The notes beneath the pieces were generated by a model. That model ran no database searches. It saw only the letters and a list, made by a program, of their open reading frames with translations, and had not been told where the DNA came from. A DNA stretch of 63,881 nt, filler included, from Lenisia limosa (Eukaryota; Protista; Breviatea): assembly GCA_001655205.1 (NCBI GenBank). It is 12 parts of 12 records of this genome, joined end to end, with 100 filler letters (N's around TTAATTAATTAA, not from the genome) between each part and the next. Parts side by side here need not be neighbours in the genome. Positions count along the whole stretch, not along the records: positions 49,992 to 52,537 come from LPNZ01004183.1; positions 52,638 to 63,881 come from LPNZ01006717.1; 10 more parts are not named here. One strand, 5' to 3'. The first letter of the stretch is position 1. Each line of letters opens with the position of its first letter. Both the position numbers and the translations under genes were made by a program. This document shows, piece after piece, positions 52,283 through 62,465 of the stretch.

Positions 52283-52537
52283 ATCGTGGCAATCATCTGC
52301 TCATCAATGGCAAGATGGCGTGGGGGGTCGTACGCACCGCGCCAGGCGGCAGTGACGGCGGTGAGGAAGGGACGGATCTTGGTTATGGGATCGTCGACAG
52401 ACATCTCGGACCTGGCAGCGAAATAGAGAACACGGTCGATCTCAAAGAATCGAGTCCGTGAGAAGATGGACGACAGGAATAGGTGGCCCAGTTGTCCTGG
52501 GACCAGATATCCTTGATGTTGGACCTAGGGCAAACAC
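52283..52537 (-). mobile_element. Degenerate piggyBac-like transposase, N-terminal half, opposite strand
   Basis: PRSNIKDIWSQDN / SIFSRTRFFEIDRVLYF...DPITKIRPFLTAVTAAWRGAYDPPRHLAIDEQMI (first catalytic Asp, IDE motif); one frameshift; ends in a stop shortly after IDEQMI. Confidence 0.8.
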
Positions 52538-52699
52538 NNNNNNNNNNNNNNNNNNNNNNNNNNNNNNNNNNNNNNNNNNNNTTAATTAATTAANNNNNNN
52601 NNNNNNNNNNNNNNNNNNNNNNNNNNNNNNNNNNNNNGCCACTTTCGAGGAATTCAGTGGAGGCAAGAGGAATGAGGGAGAACAGGAGAGAAATCGACT

Positions 52700-55600
52700 G
52701 AAAGGTTAGGAGTGCTTCATGGGAAATTTAAACCGAAACCATTTAATAATATCAAGAAGAAAAAAGTCAGCCTCGGTAGCCTGGCCTACCAATTTTCTGA
52801 GGTCAAGTAAATGGTGCTCTGACCAACGCATTGCTTCCGAGTTGTCTGTCGTGGCATAGAGAAGAAGTACACTGGTAACAGTTAATATAATACTAGAAAT
52901 GAGAGCACGCAATCCATGTAAATGTCATAAAAGCCTCGAAAAATCACAAAAAAGGAGACACTATTCTATCACTTTTAAAAAATGAAACACTCAAGTAGAA
53001 CAAATCTCAATTTGTATACAAGTCACAGTAAATGTTTGCAAGAGCGAAACTTCCACGTTCCCACTTGAAGATATGGAGGTCCATGAGAACGTCAAGAGCT
53101 TCCTCATCCGCATCATCAACCCACGCATCTTCTGGCTCCGAGGCCCGGGCAGTGGGTAGTCGCGACCTGAATGTCAGTCCTCATTACCTAAAAGATGGCT
53201 GTGAAAGTACTGAGCATCATCATCATGAAAATAAAATAACAATAAATAAAAAATAAATAAAATAATAAATAAAATAATAATATTAATAATAATAATAATA
53301 GAATGAATGAATGAAAAAGGTATTGCCATTATTTACGAAGAACTCGTTGTATCAGACTGAGACAAAACACTCACGTTGTCCGTTGTGTGAGTGCATCAGC
53401 AACGTTGAGAGTGGAAGTCTGGTAGGGGGCAATGGGGTGCGACAAAGCACGGCTAGAGCGTAATTCAAGATACTATGTTGAACTACAACGGAAATTGTGG
53501 GAATAACCAAGAAAAAGGAGAGATTACCCCCCCCCCTCAGTACTCAAGGGTATCGTATCATTTCAGTGACTACAATTACAACTAATGAGGATAATGATAT
53601 GCTTCCTCTTTCCATTATACCTGGTAAGGGGGGCGGTCTGAGTCTCCTCCTGAGTTAAACAGCCGCAAGTGGCCAGTGTGATTACGAGGGAGGTGATGAG
53701 AATCTTCAGCTCGAAATCGTCAGCATCGGAGCCCTGAGGAATGAGAAGTTAGAGATAAAAGGGGAATGGGGGAAGTTAGAGGTCCTAAATGAATACGGAG
53801 AAGCTAAAGAGGGCCTCAGGAAAGACCCGAAAGTATCTACATCCATCCCACTATCGCACCCCCCCCCCCNNNNNNNNNNNNNNNNNNNNNNNNNNNNNNN
53901 NNNNNNNNNNNNNNNNNNNNNNNNNNNNNNNNNNNNNNNNNNNNNNNNNNNNNNNNNNNNGAGGAAGGCATCGGAACGAGTCCGAACGAAACTTCGTCAA
54001 CCACAGCCAGCTCAGCAAGAAGCAAGAAGACGCCGGTCTGGTGCATCAATCGTTTGAATGCAAGAGAATACAATAATTAGCATCATTAGGGGGATGCTGT
54101 ACGTTACTACTATATGATACTTCCCCTTTATCAGAGGAAAATCCCTTTTTTTTTATCCACCATTAAATCAACCTTTGAAAAGAACACGTCAAGATAATGA
54201 TACCCCATAAAAACAGTACCTTGACAAAAACTTGGGCCGAGCCGGGGGCCCGGGCAATTAGGGAAAACACGACCGCAAGCTCGTTCCGCAATTGCCGCTC
54301 TGCCGGCCGCCGCGACTCCTAATATCGTAAATGAGACAATATTATGTATGTTTAGAAAATGAAATTGAAAAATTAAGGACCCCAATAAAATTTCGCCAGT
54401 GGGGGACTCCTGATATCGGAAATGGAAAAAAATTGACTCTGTATTTTGATTAACGAAAGAAGGGTGGCTCCTAATATCGGAAATGGAAAAATAAGGAGCT
54501 ATGGGAGCACAAACTCAACCCCCCACAAACTCAATTTCCCCCCCCCTCCTCCCCATACCTGGAGGGCTGACGCGAAAAGCGCCTTCAGCGTCAGCAGCAA
54601 TCGGGTTTCCGGATCTCTGATCGCATTTCCGCATTCACTGGGACTATTCTCAATGACCATCCAAACAATCTGTTGGGTGGGGGGGGGGGTGAAGATAAGA
54701 CTAAATGAGTAACACAATGTAGTCAGATAGGTGGTTAATCAAAACTGACAGACGTGTTGTATCACCAAAAACTGACAGACATGTTATATCACACGCTTAC
54801 TTCGAGAGCCGCGAAAACAAGCTTGTCAGAAAAACCAAGGTCCAAGAAGGGCATGATCGCATCCATTCCCGAGCCTGAAAAGGGGGTAAAATGGAAAGCC
54901 AAATCGCATGATAATAGCAAAATCACGATAGCGGACATAAACAAAAGCTGTATATTACACAAAAATCCAAAAAAAAAACCCCCTTCAACTAACATGATAT
55001 GAACTCTGTCAGGTTTGCTGGTGACCGTAAAATGACGCGCAACGTACGTAGCACCGAATGCCTCACCTGAAAAAAGTGACTTGATGAACCTCGAAACGAT
55101 GAAACGAAGTGTTTGCCCTTATTTCTGTGATTAAGTACAGTTTGATCCTTACTTACTAATATCATACAAGACTCAAGTCCCTATCCAAGTATCGCCTGTC
55201 ATATCTGGCAGTATTATATCACTAGGGCTTCACTTCGGTTCGAAAAAACTCGGGAAAATATCGATGTTTTCGAGGATGTAGCGAGATATTCAGTCTTTTT
55301 TCGAACCGAAGTGAAGCCCTACATACCACCCCTAATCCATACCTGCTGGACCTCACTTCTCAGCAGCAGTTCCGTGAGGGCCTCTACAAAGCCTGCTTGG
55401 TGCACTGTCTGGAATCGACTCTGCTCTTCTACAGTGTGTCAGCATTTTGAGATATCTAATGTAGAAATGAGAAATTACAAAGGGGTAAAAGTCTCTTAGT
55501 TGATCGTATACTACGATAACTTATCCAATCACTTGCCTATTAACTCACTGCACACAACTTCCTGATGACTTCCCAGCATATTATATATCCATTATATCAA

Positions 55601-57100
55601 TATCACCGAATTGGTAATATTTTATCGACGGCTTCTGAATAACTTGCCCCCACAGAGAAACACCCACTCCCCAGAAGGCAAGACGTCATAATGGAGTTCC
55701 TACGATAGACTTCACTCCAGGCCTCCCATCACACTGTAACAGNNNNNNNNNNNNNNNNNNNNNNNNNNNNNNNNNNNNNNNNNNNNNNNNNNNNNNNNNN
55801 GCTCAGATCACAAATACAAAACGGCCAGAAATCCCAACTGAACAAACCATCTTCGTTGGCGGAGGCCTCACAGTAACTCAGAACAGTCTAAAAAGGTTAA
55901 AAATATCAAATGTGGATTGAAGACTCCTCTTCAATTGAATTTAGCGAAAAAGCTACTGCAAACACACACTTGCATTTTATTCCTTTTGCGTTCCTATATG
56001 CATAGTCTAGGTCTATTTGCGCTTTGACATCAATCCTGTTGCCATTTTGCCCCTCACCTCAGCCACTTCGATGTGAATAGGTGCGTGCTGGCACTCTAAC
56101 AGCCCTGCAGTCGCCTTCAATAGCTACACGGGTGAGAATGCGTCATAACCGCCGCCTGGAGTATGTTTCACTTTGTTGAAATACGAGCTAGTCTGATACA
56201 TAATAACCCAAGCAGCCATTGTTTGTAAAAAAGAAAAATATAATCAAATTGAATCATCCCATTTGGTAACCCTACCTCTAATGTACCTCGATAGCCTTCA
56301 GTTTCATCACTGCTCTTGACCTGAATAGTGAAACAAGCATATCTGAGTTCTATAAGGCAACCATCACTACCCTCTTAATAATGTGCCACCTCCATCAACG
56401 CATCTTTGGAAAATATCAAGATCTTCGAGATATTTGTAAACAAAAAAAAGTTGACCAGTATTAGAAGAATCAAACTAGTAGAATGGAAAGAAATAGCTAT
56501 TATTGAACAGTCAGATGCTCTTTACCATAAAAAAATTGTTAAAATAAGTTTTTAAAGATTAACCACAGTCAAATGACTTCACAAGGATATTTGAACGTGA
56601 TTTGAGAGAAACAAATTCATAACTCACAGAAGGATCACCCAATGCAAGACTATTACAGCAACACAAACACCCGTGTTTCTGACCTTCCTGAAGGGCAGTC
56701 TGACAATCTTGACAAGCTCTAGAATCGGTTCTATGAAGATTCCGGGTGATTCCGGCGGGGTAGGGCCGTTCAATAGGTCGAGGGCGTAGTTGAGAACCTC
56801 ACGAAGATGATGGCATTCATGAACATACTACGAGGTTAGTCTCGCGAGGGAAACTAATTATTGTTTAATTGGGACACTTTGGCACGACGAAGGGTGACAG
56901 AGGTAGGGAATAGGGGAAACTAAATAGTATTCACAAGCCAGTCCGCCTACAAATCCTTCGGAATTGGCATCAACAATTTGAAAAAAAGCTGTAACTTGTC
57001 TTTCATAGAGCCCAACGTTATAGGGGTCAGATAACACTCTCAAAATTCGGTCATAGTCGATGTTTGACCCGTTTATCTTGGGCGTACCCAATGGTGACAT
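52700..57100 (-). CDS. CFAP69: Cilia- and flagella-associated protein 69 (3'-truncated)
   Basis: NIDYDRILRVL, IFIEPILELVKIVRLPFRK, QIVWMVIE, AERQLRNELAVVFSLIA and SDADDFELKILITSLVITL match recalled CFAP69 segments (FIESAYDIIKLCGLPF, DRQLRNDILVI, EDFELKKLL). Confidence 0.8.
55223..55321. mobile_element. MITE family A copy in a CFAP69 intron
   Basis: Long TIRs TAGGGCTTCACTTCGGTTCGAAAAAA / TTTTTTCGAACCGAAGTGAAGCCCTA; flanks TATATCAC/CATACCAC (6/8). Confidence 0.9.
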
Positions 57101-57390
57101 GTTACTGAGATATATCACTACCTCAATGAAGTTTTAATCTCTTACAATGTGTGTGATGGCGAAAGAAAATTTTATTTATAGTTACTTTATCTGTGGGTAC
57201 GAAGTGACATATTTTGCCTTTAATTCCGATTCAAGACTCCAAGGGCTCTCTCACCCTCGCTATGCGCTAAAACATTATTAAATACTCAAATAAACAAAGA
57301 AATGAAGAAAGAGTAAAGAAATCCTCTCAAAGAGGAAACAAACGGCGTACTGATCGACCCCACCCTCTCCATCATTGCATTCATTTCGAC

Positions 57391-60300
57391 ATGCCAGGCA
57401 CAATGGATAATAAAAACAGACGCTTTGTAAGAGGGCTGGGTACATTAAAGTATTTTGATTTGATTTATCGTTTTACCTCTTTCCTCTATTTCAACTCGGA
57501 TTTATTCCACATTGGGATGGTTCACTTACATACACACCTCATTGTGACTTTTTCTGTTGAGCATTAAGAAAGATACTTATTTTTTTGAACATATAAAGCT
57601 ATTACACTCACGAAATCATGGCTTATTTTATTTAACTTAACACATATCAATGGTGTTTGGAGCAGCACACATAATGTCGATAATTATCTACAATGAGAGA
57701 AGTACTGTATTTTGATGACTTGCAAAAAATGTTGCAAATGAAAGGTTTTTTTTATGAAAGTGTTAGAAGAGAACGCAGCATTTTCTCATTATTCAAACGT
57801 CCTTGACACTCCAGGTCTCGCCACACCTTGCACATCTTCTAGCGGGTGCCGGCGGCGGCATTTTGGCCACTTTCGTAACTCATCCTCTGGAAATGATCAA
57901 AGTCCGACTCCAGGGTTTGGAGGGTCACCTGGCTCTGCTCATTTCACTTACTGCTTTGTGGTTTCTGATGACATGTTAATAATACACCTAACAGAAATTA
58001 TGCTGGAGCATTCCTTTCACAATAACAATTGTCATGAAACTGCATTCTAAGTTTACCGCTACATTTTGTTTAAAAATAAACTTACGCAATTCCGTAACGG
58101 TGTGGCAAATGACTGGCCTTAAATAGTACATTGATCACAGGCTACCCTTGCTTAAATTCAATATAACAACTTATTTTTTTACAATAAAACACAAAGAAAC
58201 ATTTTGATTTGAAACTCATCTTTTAATTTAATGTATCTGGTCACCATCTTTAAACTACAATACCGTCGTTTAAAAAGTTTTATTTGTTTGCCCTAACAAA
58301 CCAATTTAGTCCAAACAACGCGAGTTTCGCTGTACAGAGGCTCGGTAGACGCGTGTCAACAAATTATGTCCAAGGAGGGCCCGCTGGGGTTCTACCATGG
58401 CGCAACGTGGGATGATATTTTGGTATTTGTTGCCTTTGAGTTTTCATATCATATATCCGGGACATGCAGAGAGCCAGAGGTCATTATCTTATTCATAAAG
58501 AGGACTGTATACATTAACAAAATATAGGCTAGAGAAGTGGTGTCCTTTTATGAAGTGTAAATCATTGTTTGAATTCTGAGCAACAATTTTGTCTGATATA
58601 AACAGATGTATAACATTTCTTACTATATCATTGTGTAATGTTCAGTCCTTGACCTCTTAGTCCTGCTTTAATTGGAGCAGCAGCTGCATGGGGATCCTAT
58701 TTTTACATGTGAGAATGGGGTCGGGCAGATTGTAACGATGATATATCATGGGTATTGAATTGTGCTTATTCCGAAAAGAAAGTCATTGATTAGATATGAG
58801 AAGGTCAAAACGCGTATTGCTGCCTCGCGTGGAGTGGACAAATCGAAACTAGGCCACCATTGGCACATTCCGGCGGCAGCAATGTCTGGTGTGGTCACGT
58901 GCTTCATGACCAACCCAATCTGGCTGATTAAAACGGTTGGTGTTTAATAATCTACGTAGAGTATAAGAAGAGTTATGTGTACTTCCTACTAACAAAGGAA
59001 TAGAACTATGCATTCTTTTTAGAAATACCATCTCATGCATTTCAGAGAATGTGTCTACAGACCGAAGGCAGCATTGTATATCGCAACATTGGACGTAAGT
59101 GGTTTAATGGGGAGTGGTTTATTGTGTTCATTTCGTGAACTTATCAAATTTTTTTACAGTCTCTTGTTGATAGGTATTTTGGCAATATCATATATTATAC
59201 TGATATGACATAGTAGTATAGTTTCTACAAGTGTAAAGATGATTTCCCGTAGTTTTCAGTACATTCTTTCAAAATTTACATATTCAGACGCAGCCAAGGA
59301 CATAATGCAAACGGAAGGGATCCTTGGATTCTACAGAGGCATCATTCCGGCACTTTGGGGCGTGTCACATGGTACAGTTCAGGTTTGTCAACTTGAACCT
59401 ACTTGCATTTGATGAACCATCGGCGTCATTTATTGCGGCTAAAACTGTATCTCTCTAACATGCATCAATCTCATTCAGATTATGCAGCCTAGTTTTTGTG
59501 GGCATTTTTTTGGCTCCGTACTTTTGTTTTTTGCTCGTATTTTGGGGGTTTGCTTTACAGCCGTTCCTATTTAGCAAGATATGTAAGCGCCTTTTTTGAC
59601 TTCAATTATACACCTATCGTGTTTTGTCAGAGAGTTATCGATTCACTTCCACAGTTCGTGACTTACGAGTTCCTGAAACGAGGGCTTTTCACTTTGAGAA
59701 ACAAGGAGCACCACGAGAAACTGGTTGGTATTTGAATGGATTTGCAGTTGATTAACATTTGCTCATTTTCCTCATCCGATCAGTCATCATGGGAGTATCT
59801 AGTCATGGGCTCGGTTTCAAAGATTGTTGCTGTCTTCACAACGTACCCGTACCAGGTTGTCAAAACCAAGCTTCAAGTATGGGCATGGCTTGGGGATTAT
59901 CAGATTTCCTAAGCACTCTACGCATTTGTAATGAGTTAATCAATGTTCATCAAGCCATACGAGATGATTGGATGCCCCAATTGAGCTTATTTATAATGTT
60001 GTATTATTCTGTTCAAAGAGAAATGAATGGGAATATTACACAAAAGGGACTTGATCACGTACTAATAATTCAGCAACACCGAAGTCAAGCAGACCTCTAC
60101 AAAGGGCCTGTTGATGTCGTAAGACAGGTATTGCTGGGTGTTTTCCAATACTCTTCGGCTTACTAATGATTATACTGCTTTGATTTTTTACATTTACACT
60201 TGCCATTTTTATATGTTTTTTGCTTCAGGTTGTACGGAGTGAGGGTTTACGCGGGCTCTACCGAGGTCTCAATGTGTCTGTAATCAAGGTTGCCCCTTCA

Positions 60301-60430
60301 GGTATGTTGAAACCTGTCAATAGTTTATGAATATTGTTTTTGAAATTATGAGGTAAGCACTGGCTTTAACTCCATAGCGGCAGTTACGTTCTGGTCATAC
60401 GAAATGCTGAAGCACTTATTGACCAACTGA
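57391..60430 (+). CDS. Mitochondrial carrier (SLC25), folate/FAD transporter SLC25A32/FLX1-like
   Basis: LLAGAGGGILATFVTHPLEMIKVRLQ, PALIGAAAAWGSYFY, CFMTNPIWLIKT, ALWGVSHGTVQ, TYPYQVVKT and EGLRGLYRG: three carrier repeats with the PX[DE]XX[KR] signature; TGA at 60428. Confidence 0.88.
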
Positions 60431-60639
60431 TTACAGCACCCCTATGTTTATTTAAGTCTTTCCCGGTTAATTATTTTATGGTTATTTATTTTTCACACTT
60501 CATTACGAAATTGTATCAATTGACACCAGTCCATTAGAAAGTAATAGAGAAAACCAATCTGTTGTGAAATCAAGAGGTACATCAAATCATGAGAAAACAA
60601 AGAGGAAATGCAATTTAATACACCCACGCCCAATCCAGT

Positions 60640-62465
60640 CTACTGCTGCTGCTTCTTGATTTCCTTGAGCTTGGCCAAAAGAGCCCGTTGTTCAGATGCG
60701 CAGCCTCGAGTCGCAACTCCGGTCGCTTTCACAAAATCCTAGAGGAAGTTAGGGTCATGGGAACATCATAAAGAAAGAAAAATCAATGTGTAAAGCTGAA
60801 CTGAAGAACTCCACTTTTTTAGTCCAAGAGAACACAAACACAAAACAATATCATATGCTTTTCCTTGCTCCTTATATTCATGATACCTTCACTGGAAGAA
60901 ATGGAGCACAATATTTGCACCTTGCCCAAGTACCTGATAGGCGTCCTCATCGTTGGGAGAGTTGACCAATTTGGCTTTGGAAATCACGCTGTTTATGAAG
61001 TCGTGAACTTTCGCTACAATTGGTGAAAAACATCTCGCAATGTGAACGATTATACCCAAATACTTACATATCTGATATAATGTATCTCAATAAATCCTTA
61101 CTATTGTCAATATTTGAGCTCGGTTTTGTTGAAGAATGTGGTGATACACTATTATTGGAGCTAAACAAAGCCAGACAAGTAGATGGGTAATTTAATGACG
61201 TGACGGGAGAGTCACAGTCAAGCGGAGCCCCGTATCCTACCTCCTTCCTGATAGTCAACAAAATGGGCTCTAATTGTCTCAAAGGCGACAATTTGCTCGT
61301 CGCGCTTCGCCACTGCCTTTTCCTGCAACATTACAAAAGTCAAACAATATCTTCGACTCTGTGTAATTACTTGATGAAATTAATTGACAAATTTCGAAAT
61401 TAACGTGTCTGAAATGGAGTTCTCGTTTAAATGCGTCACTTCAAATTTTAAAATAATTTTCCAATTAATCGCACGGTGCCTTTCAAATCCTAATCCCTAA
61501 TACTAAAAGCATGGCATAATTTGATAAAACAAGTAAATTCCTCCCCACCCCTCCACTTGAATACCTTATTAATCAAATAACACACCAGCATACTGAATTA
61601 CTTCTTCCACAGGCATCAACAGCAAAATTCATTTGAGTCTAAGAAGTCAGACAACTTGAATACCGACTCACAATAGCCTTCTTGGCATCATTGATCTTTG
61701 CCCTGATGGCGAAAACTCTGTCATATTCATCACCAAAGTTCTCGGTAGTCCTCTCAACCTAATCCTGTTAGCCCAAGAAGACAACTGCTTGGAAGCACAA
61801 AGAAGCAGATTGGCGGGAGGGAGCTTACTTCAGGGCGGCTTTGCCAGTTTTTGTCGTCTTCCATGCCTTCAGGAACTCTATCACCACCAATAGGGAAGGG
61901 AACGGGGCTTCCTTTGTGATGAGACTCGTCCTGGGGATTGAACTGCCTTCTAAATTGTTCGTCGTTGATACTACACATTGCTTAAATAAATGCTTTTATT
62001 ATATAATGCAGAAAAATAGAAAAATCATGTTTCAATCAAAGTCAGGGACTCGGATTGACGTCCCCAGATATCTACCTTTTAAAATGGACGCTTCTTCCCG
62101 GGGCGCCCCGGGTCTAATGAAATAAGGAAGGGACTAATTTTCCGAGAATATACCCGCCGGCGTCCAGGGAAGACGCTTTATTTCTGGCTCTTCTTGCAAG
62201 CTTCTTGAGCTTGAGCTCTTCAGCTTCCTGGTAACATTGTTAGTGCATTATATTTTATTATTTTTTAAAAAATGTATTATTTTAAATGGAGAGAGGCGTG
62301 GGCGTTGTTAATCACGCTCTTTAGAAGTGAGCTCTGTCGGTGTTGTTTGGCTGTTTTCATGGCTGTGTGTGTTATTACAATTAAAATATCCGAAAATAAT
62401 TGAGTTAGAGCAGGTTTTTCTTTCTTTTGTTCATCCTTGAAATTCTGTTCATATCGTTCAACCAA
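60640..62465 (-). CDS. Hypothetical protein with coiled-coil segments
   Basis: Multiple GT-AG exons: EAEELKLKKLARRARNK, INDEQFRRQFNPQDESH, ERTTENFGDEYDRVFAIRAKINDAKKAI, QRALLAKLKEIKKQQQ*. Confidence 0.6.

Larger units (their letters stand above)
7917..52593. other. Eleven assembly linkers (N44-TTAATTAATTAA-N44) at 7917, 10511, 29619, 33787, 38558, 42118, 44595, 46687, 48321, 49936 and 52582
   Basis: Identical 12-mer carrying stop codons in all six frames, centred in 100-bp N blocks; genes are truncated at these points and do not continue across them. Confidence 0.97.

Noticed and set aside
7917-52593. Recurrent TTAATTAATTAA palindrome as a biological repeat, CRISPR-like array or piggyBac footprint
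   Set aside because: Always centred in an exact 100-bp N block and encodes stops in six frames: an assembly spacer
23659-57100. Apparent cluster of cilia/microtubule genes (TBCE, ARMC9, CFAP69)
   Set aside because: They lie on different linker-separated pieces, so adjacency is not evidence of a genomic cluster
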